A stretch of DNA of 63,931 bases, the filler included, from Lama guanicoe (lineage: Eukaryota): assembly GCA_013239625.1 (NCBI GenBank). It is 76 parts of 73 records of this genome, joined end to end, with 100 filler letters (N's around TTAATTAATTAA, not from the genome) between each part and the next. Parts side by side here need not be neighbours in the genome. Positions count along the whole stretch, not along the records: positions 25,766 to 26,291 come from PNXV01019457.1; positions 26,392 to 27,336 come from MU056237.1; positions 27,437 to 28,266 come from PNXV01019460.1; positions 28,367 to 29,242 come from PNXV01019461.1; positions 29,343 to 30,168 come from PNXV01019469.1; positions 30,269 to 31,115 come from MU056239.1; positions 31,216 to 31,620 come from PNXV01019472.1; positions 31,721 to 32,585 come from MU056242.1; 68 more parts are not named here. The stretch is one strand, 5' to 3'. The notes under the pieces were generated by a model. The model did not search any database. It was not told the DNA's origin and saw only the letters and a program-made list of their open reading frames with translations. Made by a program: the position numbers and the translations under genes. This document shows positions 26,007 through 37,660 of the stretch, one piece after another. How positions within the stretch are numbered: position 1 is the stretch's first letter; each line of letters starts with the position of its first letter.

Positions 26007-26391
26007 CTACAGGGGTAAACGGAGACTCTCAGTCAAGAGCAGAGATGTTCCTGTCGTGTCTCACAAACCGTGCCTCAGGGACTCAGTGCCCTGCAGCAGC
26101 CCGGCCCCAGGCGAGGACCCGCAGCGTGGCCCACCCAGGCAGGAGGGGCACTGTGCTTGAGAAAGCCCATCCCCGATGGGGGCAAGAGGGGCTGATGGGA
26201 TTGAGTGAACCTATAAATGCTCACAGAAATGCCTGCATTAATTCAAGTGATACAAGCAACAGTAGCAGGCTATTAAACAAAATTTCAATTGNNNNNNNNN
26301 NNNNNNNNNNNNNNNNNNNNNNNNNNNNNNNNNNNTTAATTAATTAANNNNNNNNNNNNNNNNNNNNNNNNNNNNNNNNNNNNNNNNNNNN

Positions 26392-27336
26392 ATGCCTAAG
26401 CTCGACTCCCCTGGGTTTCTTCCTAATGTCTCTTTGCCAGAGATTGCTAGGAGGGGTTGCAGGCAATCCCAGTGACAGAGGCTGCCTCCCCAAGNNNNNN
26501 NNNNNNNNNNNNNNNNNNNNNNNNNNNNNNNNNNNNNNNNNNNNNNNNNNNNNNNNNNNNNNNNNNNNNNNNNNNNNNNNNNNNNNNNNNNNNNNNNNNN
26601 NNNNNNNNNNNNNNNNNNNNNNNNNNNNNNNNNNNNNNNNNNNNNNNNNNNNNNNNNNNNNNNNNNNNNNNNNNNNNNNNNNNNNNNNNNNNNNNNNNNN
26701 NNNNNNNNNNNNNNNNNNNNNNNNNNNNNNNNNNNNNNNNNNNNNNNNNNNNNNNNNNNNNNNNNNNNNNNNNNNNNNNNNNNNNNNNNNNNNNNNNNNN
26801 NNNNNNNNNNNNNNNNNNNNNNNNNNNNNNNNNNNNNNNNNNNNNNNNNNNNNNNNNNNNNNNNNNNNNNNNNNNNNNNNNNNNNNNNNNNNNNNNNNNN
26901 NNNNNNNNNNNNNNNNNNNNNNNNNNNNNNNNNNNNNNNNNNNNNNNNNNNNNNNNNNNNNNNNNNNNNNNNNNNNNNNNNNNNNNNNNNNNNNNNNNNN
27001 NNNNNNNNNNNNNNTCAGGAAAGGTATTTCTCAGAATTCTCCCTAACAGGGAACACCTGTGACTGAAGAGAGCTGCGTGGAGTTGTCTCTCGAGTTCCCC
27101 AATGCCCTGACAATTGTTCCGGAATCCTGAGCGTGGGGAGGTTCCACCAACGGTCGGCAGCGCGTGGGTTGTAACGGAATGCTTAAGCTCGACTCCCCTG
27201 GGATTTTTCCTAATGTCTCTGTGCCAGGGAATTCTAGAGGGGTTTGCAGGCAATCCCAGTGACACAGGCTGCCGCCCCAAGTTCAGCGAAGGCTTTTCTC
27301 GGACTTCCCCGTTCAGGGAACACCTGTGACTGAAGA
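26392..27336 (-). repeat. Satellite family A (reverse)
   Basis: Reverse-complement family A monomer. Confidence 0.95.
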
Positions 27337-27436
27337 NNNNNNNNNNNNNNNNNNNNNNNNNNNNNNNNNNNNNNNNNNNNTTAATTAATTAANNNNNNNN
27401 NNNNNNNNNNNNNNNNNNNNNNNNNNNNNNNNNNNN

Positions 27437-28266
27437 TTCTGTAGGTTGTATTTTTGTTTTGCTTATGGTTTCCTTTGTAGTGCAAGTGCCTGTAAGTTTA
27501 ATTAGGTCCCATTTGCTTATTTTTGCTTTTATTTCTATTGCCTGGGTAGACTGCCCTAGGAGAACATTGCTGAGATTTATATCAGATAATGTTTTGCCTG
27601 TGTTTTCTTCTGAGAGATTCATAGTGTCTTGTCTTATGTTTGCCTTTAATCCATTTTGAGTTTATTTTTGTGTATGATGTGAAGGAGTACTCTGACTCCA
27701 TTGATTTACATGCTGCTGTCCAGTTTTTCCAACACCATTTGCTGAAGAGACTGTCTTTACTCCATTGTATGTTCTTCCCTCCTTTGTCAAAGATTAATTA
27801 ACCAAACGTTTGTGAATTTATTTCTGGGCTCTCTGTTTTGTTCCATTAGTCCATATGTTTGTTTTTGTACCAATACAATGCTGTTTTGATTACTGTAGCT
27901 CTGTAGAATTGTCTGAAGTCTGAGGGAGGGGTGGTTATTCCTCCAGCTTCATTCTTTTTCTTCAATACTGCTTTGGCAATTCTGGGTATTTTGTGATTCC
28001 ATATAAATTTTAGGATTATTTGTTTTAGTTCTGTGGAAAATAGGAAAATGTCCTGGGTAATTTGATAGGGATGGCATTAAATCTGTAGTATGTTTTGGGG
28101 AGTATGGCCATTTTAACAATATTAATTCTTCCAATCCAAGAACATGGGATATCTTTCTATTTCTTTAAGTCTTCTTTGATTTCCTTAGTCAATGTTTTGT
28201 AGCTCTCCGTGTATGTCTTTCACTTCCTTGATCAGATTTATTCCTAAGTATTCAATATTTTTTGGA
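27437..28266 (-). mobile_element. LINE-1 ORF2 C-terminal half (antisense)
   Basis: Minus-strand translation [19 protein letters not shown]...KAKISKWDLIKL...TTKETISKTKIQPTE. Confidence 0.95.
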
Positions 28267-28366
28267 NNNNNNNNNNNNNNNNNNNNNNNNNNNNNNNNNN
28301 NNNNNNNNNNTTAATTAATTAANNNNNNNNNNNNNNNNNNNNNNNNNNNNNNNNNNNNNNNNNNNN

Positions 28367-29242
28367 GTCACAGGTGTTCTCTGAACGGGGAAGTCCGAGA
28401 AATACCTTCCCTGACTTTGTGGAGGCAGCTTCTGTCACTGGGATTTCCTGCAAACACCCCTAGCATTCCCACTCACAGAGACATTAGGAAAAAACCCAGG
28501 GGATTCGAGCTTAGGCATTCCGTTAGAACCCACGCACTATTTACAGTTGGTGGTACCTCCCCACGCTCAGGATTCCGGAACCATTGTCACTGCGTGGGGG
28601 AGCTCGAGAGACAACTCCACGCAGCTCTCTTCAGTCACAGGTGTTTCCTGAACGGGGAAGTCTGATAAATAACTTCCCTGACCTTGGGGAGCTAGCCTCT
28701 GACACTGGTGTTGCGTGCAAACGCCCTAGCATTCCCAGGCATAGAGACATTAGGAAAAAACCCAGGGGAGTCGAGCTTATGCATTCTGTAAGAACCCACG
28801 CGCTGCCGACCGTTGATGGAACCTCCCCACCCTCAGGATTCCGGAACCATTGTCAGTGCGTGGGGGAGCTCGAGAGACAACTCCACGCAGCTCTCTTCAG
28901 TCACAGGTGTTCCCTGAACGGGGAAGTCCGATAAATAACTTCCCTGAAATTGGGGAGCCAGCCTCTGACACTGGTGTTGCCTGCAAACGCCCCTAGCATT
29001 CCCTGGTATAGAGACATAAGGAAAAAACCCAGGGGAGTCGAGCTTAGGCATTCCGTTAGAACCCACGCGCTGCCGACAGTTGGTGGAACCTCCCTACGCT
29101 CAGGATTCCGGAACCATTGTCAGTGCGTGGGGAGCTCGAGAGACAACTCCACGCAGCTCTCTTCATGAATTATGAGAAATATCTTCCCTGACTTTGCGGA
29201 GGCAGCCTCTGTCACTGGGATTGCCTGCAAACACCCCTAGCA
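28367..29242 (+). repeat. Satellite family A
   Basis: gctctcttc at 28624, 28890, 29156 (266-bp period); internal deletion near 29166. Confidence 0.95.
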
Positions 29243-29342
29243 NNNNNNNNNNNNNNNNNNNNNNNNNNNNNNNNNNNNNNNNNNNNTTAATTAATTAANN
29301 NNNNNNNNNNNNNNNNNNNNNNNNNNNNNNNNNNNNNNNNNN

Positions 29343-30168
29343 TCAGATGCTTTGGGTGTGGGGAGGATCCTCCAACTAACAGCAGCGCCTGCGTTCTAAT
29401 ACAATACGTTAACTATACTTCAAGAATGGCTTACCATGGCGGTGTGCGGGGAAATTGGGGGTTGGGCTGTAAATCCAAGTATTAGCGAGTGCTTCTCCAT
29501 GGGAAGAGGAAATTATTCACCAAAATCCCACGACCTGGGAATACCTGTGCTCCTTGAAAAATGCGTGGACTATGTTTCCCCACCTCCAGCACACACATGA
29601 AGAATTGTTCTGGTATCCTGAGTGTGGGGAGGCACCTCCCACTGACAGCAGCATCTGGGATCTAATATTATCCCTTAGGTTATTTTCCATGAGAGTTTTC
29701 CAAAGACGGGATGGGAGCGAAGGTGGGGATTGGGCTCTAAATCCAAGTAATAGCGAGTGCCTCTCTAAGGGCAGTGAAGGCGTTTAAAGTACATTCCCAC
29801 CCTGGGAACACCTGTGCCCCCATAAAGTTGCGTGGACTATGAATTTCCAACATCAGCACTCACAAAAAGACTTGTTCAGCTATCCTGAGTGTGGGGAGTC
29901 TCCTCCAACTGACAGCAGCGCCTGGGTTCTAATAGAATCCCTTAGCTTGTCTTACCTGATGGCATGCCTAGGCTGGAGAGTGGGGGAAAGTGGGGGTTGG
30001 GTTTGAAGTCCAAGTAGCAACGAGTGCCACCCCGATTTACTGAGGAAGTACTTAGAGGATTTCACGCTAATGTGGAACAACTGTGCCCCCATTCATCTGT
30101 GTGGACAGGGTATCCACAGCTCCCCCACACACAAGGCTGTGATCCGGAATCCTGAGTGTGTGGAAGTT
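29343..30168 (+). repeat. Satellite family C
   Basis: Landmark at 29537, 29804, 30073 (267/269 bp). Confidence 0.92.
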
Positions 30169-30360
30169 NNNNNNNNNNNNNNNNNNNNNNNNNNNNNNNN
30201 NNNNNNNNNNNNTTAATTAATTAANNNNNNNNNNNNNNNNNNNNNNNNNNNNNNNNNNNNNNNNNNNNTTCCTATGTGTGCTTCTGACCGAGGGATTTCA
30301 GTTTCCCTGTCTTCAAAGTCATCCACGCGTCCCTCTGAAATATCTAGTCTGCTTAGGCCG

Positions 30361-31115
30361 GAATGTTAGCCCTGATATTTTCTCATCCACTGAGTTTTCT
30401 GATATTATTTGGCTCGTCTTTAGGCTTTCTCTTCCCCTTTTCTGGTATTCTGCCTTTTGTGATTCTGAGACACTGTTGTTCTTCAGTGTTTCACTCANNN
30501 NNNNNNNNNNNNNNNNNNNNNNNNNNNNNNNNNNNNNNNNNNNNNNNNNNNNNNNNNNNNNNNNNNNNGGGCCTTCAATCTCTTTGGAACTGAAAATGGT
30601 ACTTCCTTTTCCTTTTATTGTATTTCTTCATTTCTACTGGTCAGGTAATTTCAGGTATATAATGTAGACTTCTAGGGCTTGGTTAAGTGAAAACTTTAGA
30701 CTCTTGGCTCTACACAATGGCATCAAACTCTAGGAAAATTTGTCCTCACAGAAATCCCATGCAATTGTGAAGAGCCAAGAGTCTAAAGTTTGCACTTAAC
30801 CAAGCCCAAGTAGTCTACAGTAGATACCTGAAATTACCTGACCAGTAGAGATGAAGAAATACAGTAAAAGGAAAAGGAAGTACCACTTTCAGTTCCAAAG
30901 AGATTGAAGGCCCTAAAGATAAGCTTTCAGACAACTAGACTGCAAAACGCACTCCAGAGCAAGTATTGAAAATGGAGGTGAGGGAAACACTGAAGAACAA
31001 CAGTGTCTCAGAATCACAAAAGGCAGAATACCACAAAAGGGGAAGAGGAAGCCTAAAGACGAGCCCAATAATATGAGAAAACTCAGTGGATGAGAAAATA
31101 TCAGGGCTAACATTC
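30361..31115. repeat. Long inverted repeat: arms 30361-30723 and 30759-31115, 35-bp spacer
   Basis: The right arm is the reverse complement of the left. I counted 15 mismatches in 292 comparable bases (~95% identity). Confidence 0.95.
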
Positions 31116-31215
31116 NNNNNNNNNNNNNNNNNNNNNNNNNNNNNNNNNNNNNNNNNNNNTTAATTAATTAANNNNNNNNNNNNNNNNNNNNNNNNNNNNN
31201 NNNNNNNNNNNNNNN

Positions 31216-31544
31216 TTGAAATCCCTGTCTTCTGCTGGTACCAGTAAGCATAAATGCTTCCTCACCTGCCTCCTTGGCAGGTGATCCTGGCCGTCTGTCC
31301 CAAGAACTCGGACACCGCGGAGGGCTGAGTCAGTGCAGAAGAGGCCACGTAACCTGCAGTAGAGGAGAGGAGAGTGAGGGTGGGGGCCAGGGTGTCATTC
31401 CCTAGGACCACGCACCCCACAGAATCCCCTGTGCTGAGCTGACATTCAGGGCCCGGCTGATGTCTGGGTACCCAGAGGTCTGAGTCCTGGGGCAGCACCT
31501 GTGCAGAGAGAGAGGACGGACAGCAGGCGAGGGGTCCAGGCCAT
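31216..31544 (-). pseudogene. IGLV3: Immunoglobulin lambda variable segment (IGLV3-like) with a stop in CDR1; 3' part missing
   Basis: Leader exon 31544-31499 (MAWTPRLLSVLSLCT G), GT-AG intron 31498-31354, V exon from 31353: [40 protein letters not shown]. TGA at 31264-31262. Confidence 0.92.
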
Positions 31545-31604
31545 GGTGTAGGTGCCCTGAGCTCTGCTCTGACCACTCAGCATGGCAGCGCTCCTCAAGT
31601 TCCC

Positions 31605-31612
31605 TCTTATTC
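31605..31612 (-). promoter_or_regulatory. TATA-like element of the V-lambda promoter
   Basis: GAATAAGA ~60 bp upstream of the leader ATG; any octamer would lie beyond the scaffold end. Confidence 0.4.
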
Positions 31613-32685
31613 CCTCAGAGNNNNNNNNNNNNNNNNNNNNNNNNNNNNNNNNNNNNNNNNNNNNTTAATTAATTAANNNNNNNNNNNNNNNNNNNNNNNN
31701 NNNNNNNNNNNNNNNNNNNNTAAATTCTTGATATATATTTTCAACATTTTACTAATTACAAATTTGTTCGTTTTTACATCTTAGAGGCCTTGCAAATATA
31801 ACCATACATAGCTGTCAGGTGGAAAAAGCATTTTATATGTTATATATGGTAACATAAATAATATTTATAAATATTATAAAGTATGTGCTACATATTATAA
31901 GTACTAACACAGAAACTTGTGTATACTTATAAAATATAAACATATTCTATATGTATAACGTGTGTATACAAATGTGTATGTATGAAAAACATAATTATTT
32001 CAAGCTCATTTTCCTCCAAGAATCTCATACAAAATTATAAATTATTAACAGAGTAGTTTAACCTTTAAATTATAATTCAAAAGCCCAGAAAAATACTTTC
32101 NNNNNNNNNNNNNNNNNNNNNNNNNNNNNNNNNNNNNNNNNNNNNNNNNNNNNNNNNNNNNNNNNNNNNNNNNNNNNNNNNNNNNNNNNNNNNNNNNNNN
32201 NNNNNNNNNNNNNNNNNNNNNNNNNNNNNNNNNNNNNNNNNNNNNNNNNNNNNNNNNNNNNNNNNNNNNNNNNNNNNNNNNNNNNNNNNNNNNNNNNNNN
32301 NNNNNNNNNNNNNNNNNNNNNNNNNNNNNNNNNNNNNNNNNNNNNNNNNNNNNNNNNNNNNNNNNNNNNNNNNNNNNNNNNNNNNNNNNNNNNNNNNNNN
32401 NNNNNNNNNNNNNNNNNNNNNNNNNNNNNNNNNNNNNNNNNNNNNNNNNNNNNNNNNNNNNNNNNNNNNNNNNNNNNNNNNTTAACAGCCTTCACGGCCA
32501 CCCAGTCATGAGTGTCCTGGAGTTAGAAATTCTGCCTTTAATTTAGTGTAAGTACAAAATAACTATTTAAAGTTAATATATTCTANNNNNNNNNNNNNNN
32601 NNNNNNNNNNNNNNNNNNNNNNNNNNNNNTTAATTAATTAANNNNNNNNNNNNNNNNNNNNNNNNNNNNNNNNNNNNNNNNNNNN

Positions 32686-32744
32686 TTGTGGGAGAGGGTG
32701 ACTTACAAGCTTCCTTCTACTCCGCCATCTTGCCCGGAAGTCTC
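32686..32744 (-). mobile_element. LINE-1 extreme 5' end with a YY1-type motif
   Basis: Minus strand reads gagacttccgggcAAGATGGCGgagtagaaggaagcttgtaagtcaccctctcccacaa. Confidence 0.8.
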
Positions 32745-32899
32745 AATTTTGCCTTCTAAGTTTCCTTGTCAGCATTTAGTTAGCCTCTGCTGGCCCCACT
32801 GCCTCAGGCAGTTGTAATGTTAAATACTCACTGCTGATTGTTTCCCACACACTCTCTGGGGACTGGCTGTTTGCACAGCATGAGTTTGAACAAATAGTG

Positions 32900-33175
32900 A
32901 CAGCTCTCTGGGGGCGGATTTTTTGGGTAACTTCAAATCACTTCTGCCCCTACCTTGATTGTGAAACTGTTGCTTTTAAAGGCCACCATATAGGTGAGAA
33001 TACGGGAATGGGGGTAGATCAAGATACAATGCCACAAAATTCACTATCATTATGGAAATTTAGCTGTTTTTTTTTCTCAAATAAACACTCCCCGGATTGC
33101 TGGAAGCCTTGGTTTAATTTCCAGAGTCTGCAGAGGTTAATTTTGACAAATTTTGCCATTGTCATTGCTTCATAG
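32900..33175 (-). mobile_element. Ancient L1 (L1MC/MD-type) 5' region relic
   Basis: aataaacactccccggattgctggaagccttggtttaatttccagagt...ttttgacaaattttgcca. Confidence 0.55.
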
Positions 33176-33420
33176 AGCCCTAAGTTTTCCATGATTTTTA
33201 CTCAGATACTCTAGAAGTGTATCCCACTTGCATTTGTTTTTAACTGAGTTACTTGTAAGACTAACTAATTGTACAGCTCCAGCCCCATTCACATAAGAGT
33301 CCATCTGCATGGCTTCTCCTNNNNNNNNNNNNNNNNNNNNNNNNNNNNNNNNNNNNNNNNNNNNTTAATTAATTAANNNNNNNNNNNNNNNNNNNNNNNN
33401 NNNNNNNNNNNNNNNNNNNN

Positions 33421-35243
33421 TAGAACCCACGCGCTGCCGACCGTTGGTGGAACGTCCCCACGTTCAGGAATCCGGAACCATTTTCATTGCATGGGGGGCA
33501 CGAGAGACATCTCACGCAGCTCTCTTCAGTCAGAGGTGTTCCCTGTTAGGGGGAATTCTGAGAAATACCTTCCCTGATCTTGGAGAGGCTGCCTCTGTCA
33601 CTGGGATTGCCTGCAAACCCCCCTAGCATTCCCTGGCACTGAGACATTAGGAAAAAACCCAGGGGAGTCGANNNNNNNNNNNNNNNNNNNNNNNNNNNNN
33701 NNNNNNNNNNNNNNNNNNNNNNNNNNNNNNNNNNNNNNNNNNNNNNNNNNNNNNNNNNNNNNNNNNNNNNNNNNNNNNNNNNNNNNNNNNNNNNNNNNNN
33801 NNNNNNNNNNNNNNNNNNNNNNNNNNNNNNNNNNNNNNNNNNNNNNNNNNNNNNNNNNNNNNNNNNNNNNNNNNNNNNNNNNNNNNNNNNNNNNNNNNNN
33901 NNNNNNNNNNNNNNNNNNNNNNNNNNNNNNNNNNNNNNNNNNNNNNNNNNNNNNNNNNNNNNNNNNNNNNNNNNNNNNNNNNNNNNNNNNNNNNNNNNNN
34001 NNNNNNNNNNNNNNNNNNNNNNNNNNNNNNNNNNNNNNNNNNNNNNNNNNNNNNNNNNNNNNNNNNNNNNNNNNNNNNNNNNNNNNNNNNNNNNNNNNNN
34101 NNNNNNNNNNNNNNNNNNNNNNNNNNNNNNNNNNNNNNNNNNNNNNNNNNNNNNNNNNNNNNNNNNNNNNNNNNNNNNNNNNNNNNNNNNNNNNNNNNNN
34201 NNNNNNNNNNNNNNNNNNNNNNNNNNNNNNNNNNNNNNNNNNNNNNNNNNNNNNNNNNNNNNNNNNNNNNNNNNNNNNNNNNNNNNNNNNNNNNNNNNNN
34301 NNNNNNNNNNNNNNNNNNNNNNNNNNNNNNNNNNNNNNNNNNNNNNNNNNNNNNNNNNNNNNNNNNNNNNNNNNNNNNNNNNNNNNNNNNNNNNNNNNNN
34401 NNNNNNNNNNNNNNNNNNNNNNNNNNNCCCAGGGGAGACGAGCTTAGGCATTCCGTTAGAACCCACGCACTGCCGACTTTGTTGGAACCTCCCCACGCTA
34501 AGTATTCCGGAACCATTGTCAGTGATGGGGGGACCTCGAGAGACAACTCCACGCAGCTCTCTTCAGTCACTGGTGTTCCCTGTTAGGGGGAATTCTGAAA
34601 AATACATTCCCTGATCTTGGGGAGGCAGCCTCTGNNNNNNNNNNNNNNNNNNNNNNNNNNNNNNNNNNNNNNNNNNNNNNNNNNNNNNNNNNNNNNNNNN
34701 NNNNNNNNNNNNNNNNNNNNNNNNNNNNNNNNNNNNNNNNNNNNNNNNNNNNNNNNNNNNNNNNNNNNNNNNNNNNNNNNNNNNNNNNNNNNNNNNNNNN
34801 NNNNNNNNNNNNNNNNNNNNNNNNNNNNNNNNNNNNNNNNNNNNNNNNNNNNNNNNNNNNNNNNNNNNNNNNNNNNNNNNNNNNNNNNNNNNNNNNNNNN
34901 NNNNNNNNNNNNNNNNNNNNNNNNNNNNNNNNNNNNNNNNNNNNNNNNNNNNNNNNNNNNNNNNNNNNNNNNNNNNNNNNNNNNNNNNNNNNNNNNNNNN
35001 NNNNNNNNNNNNNNNNNNNNNNNNNNNNNNNNNNNNNNNNNNNNNNNNNNNNNNNNNNNNNNNNNNNNNNNNNNNNNNNNNNNNNNNNNNNNNNNNNNNN
35101 NNNNNNNNNNNNNNNNNNNNNNNNNNNNNNATTCTGAGAATTCCCTGACCTTGGGGAGGCCGCCTCTGTCACTGGGATTTAATGCAAAACCCCCTAGCAT
35201 TCCCTGGCACAGAAACATTAGGAAAAAACCAGGGGAGACGAGC
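33421..35243 (+). repeat. Satellite family A
   Basis: Three sequenced islands, all family A. Confidence 0.95.
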
Positions 35244-35343
35244 NNNNNNNNNNNNNNNNNNNNNNNNNNNNNNNNNNNNNNNNNNNNTTAATTAATTAAN
35301 NNNNNNNNNNNNNNNNNNNNNNNNNNNNNNNNNNNNNNNNNNN

Positions 35344-36364
35344 CATTCCGTTAGAACCCACACGCTGCCGACCGTTGGTGGAACCTCCCCATTCTCAGAA
35401 TTCCGGAACCATTGTCAGTGTGTGGGGGAGCACGAGAGACAACTCCACGCAGCTCTCTTCAGTCACAGGTGTTCCCTGTTCGGGGAAGTCTGGAAAATAC
35501 CTTCCATGAACTTGGGGAGACAGCCTCGGTCTCTGGGATATCCTGCAATCACCCAAGCATTCCCTGGCACAGAGACATTAGGAAAATTCTCAGGGGAGGC
35601 GAGCTTAGGCATTCCGTTTGAACCCACGCGCTGCCGACCGTTGGTGGAACCTCCCCACGCTCAGGATTCCGGAACCATTATCATTGCGNNNNNNNNNNNN
35701 NNNNNNNNNNNNNNNNNNNNNNNNNNNNNNNNNNNNNNNNNNNNNNNNNNNNNNNNNNNNNNNNNNNNNNNNNNNNNNNNNNNNNNNNNNNNNNNNNNNN
35801 NNNNNNNNNNNNNNNNNNNNNNNNACAGAGACATTAGGAAAACCCTCAGGGGAGACGAGCTTAGGCATTCCGTTAGAACCCACGTGCTGCCGACCGTTGG
35901 TGGAACCTCCCCACGCTCAGGATTCCGGGAACATTGTCAGTGCGTGGGGGAGCTGGAGAGACATCTCCACGCACTCTCTTCATTCACAGGAGTTCCCTGT
36001 TCGGGGAAGTCCGGGAAATACCTTCCCTGTCCTTGGGGAGGCAGCGTATGTCACTGGGATATCCGGCAAATCCCCCTAACATTCCCTGGAAAGGGATATT
36101 AGGAAAACCCTTAGGGGAGACGAGCTTAGGCATTCCGTTAGAACCCACGCGCTGCCGACAGTTGGTGGAACCTCCCCAAGCTCAGGATTCCGGAACCATT
36201 GTCAGTGCGTGGGGGAGATCGAGAGACAACTCCACGCAGCTCTCTTCACTCACAGGACTTCCCTTTTCGGGGAACTCCGAGAAATACCTTCCCTGACATT
36301 GGGGAAGCACCCTCGGTCACTGGGATATCCTGCAAACACTCCTAGCATTCCCTGGCACAGAGAC
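35344..36364 (+). repeat. Satellite family A
   Basis: Tandem family A monomers. Confidence 0.95.
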
Positions 36365-36530
36365 NNNNNNNNNNNNNNNNNNNNNNNNNNNNNNNNNNNN
36401 NNNNNNNNTTAATTAATTAANNNNNNNNNNNNNNNNNNNNNNNNNNNNNNNNNNNNNNNNNNNNTTCATTTCATTATGTTCCTTTAGACATATTTAAATA
36501 GCATGAAAATAGTTGCTAACTTTATTTTCT

Positions 36531-37560
36531 TTAACATTTTTTATTGATTTATAATCATTTTACAATGTTGTGTCAAATTCTAGTGTTCAGCACAATTTTT
36601 CAGTCATTCATAGACATATACACACTCATTGTCACTTTTTTCTCTGTGATTTATCATAACATTTTGTGTATATTTCCCTGTGCTATACAGTGTAATCTTG
36701 TTTATCTATTCTACAATTTTGAAATCCCAGTCTATCCCTTCCCACCCTCTACCCCCCTGGTAACCACAAGTCTGTATTCTCTGTCCATGAGTCTATTTCT
36801 GTCTTGTATTTATGCTTTGTTTCTGTTTGTTTGTTTTTGTTCGTGTTTTTTAGATTTCACATGTGAGCGATCTCATATGGTATTTTTCTTTCTCTTTCTG
36901 GCTTACTTCACTTAGAGTGACATTCTCCAGGAGCATACATGATGCTGCAAATGGCATTATGTTGTTGGTNNNNNNNNNNNNNNNNNNNNNNNNNNNNNNN
37001 NNNNNNNNNNNNNNNNNNNNNNNNNNNNNNNNNNNNNNNNNNNNNNNNNNNNNNNNNNNNNNNNNNNNNNNNNNNNNNNNNNNNNNNNNNNNNNNNNNNN
37101 NNNNNNNNNNNNNNNNNNNNNNNNNNNNNNNNNNNNNNNNNNNNNNNNNNNNNNNNNNNNNNNNNNNNNNNNNNNNNNNNNNNNNNNNNNNNNNNNNNNN
37201 NNNNNNNNNNNNNNNNNNNNNNNNNNNNNNNNNNNNNNNNNNNNNNNNNNNNNNNNNNNNNNNNNNNNNNNNNNNNNNNNNNNNNNNNNNNNNNNNNNNN
37301 NNNNNNNNNNNNNNNNNNNNNNNNNNNNNNNNNNNNNNNGTTAGTTTTTGTTTTTTAGATTCCACATATGAGCGATCTCATATGATATTTTTCTTTCTCT
37401 TTCTGGCTTATTTCACTTAGAATGACATTCTCCAGGAGCATCCATGCTGCTGCAAATGGCATTATGTTGTCGGTTTTTATGTCTGAGTAGTATTCCATTT
37501 TATAAATATAACACATCTTCTTTATCCAGTCATCTATTGATGGACATTTAGGCTGTTTCC
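36531..37560 (-). mobile_element. Two young LINE-1 3' ends (antisense), one on each side of a gap
   Basis: gagcgatctcatatg...tttcacttaga.tgacattctccaggagcat occurs at ~36866 and ~37370; ORF2 tail MPFAASCMLLENVTLSEVSQKEKEKYHM. Confidence 0.9.
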
Positions 37561-37660
37561 NNNNNNNNNNNNNNNNNNNNNNNNNNNNNNNNNNNNNNNN
37601 NNNNTTAATTAATTAANNNNNNNNNNNNNNNNNNNNNNNNNNNNNNNNNNNNNNNNNNNN

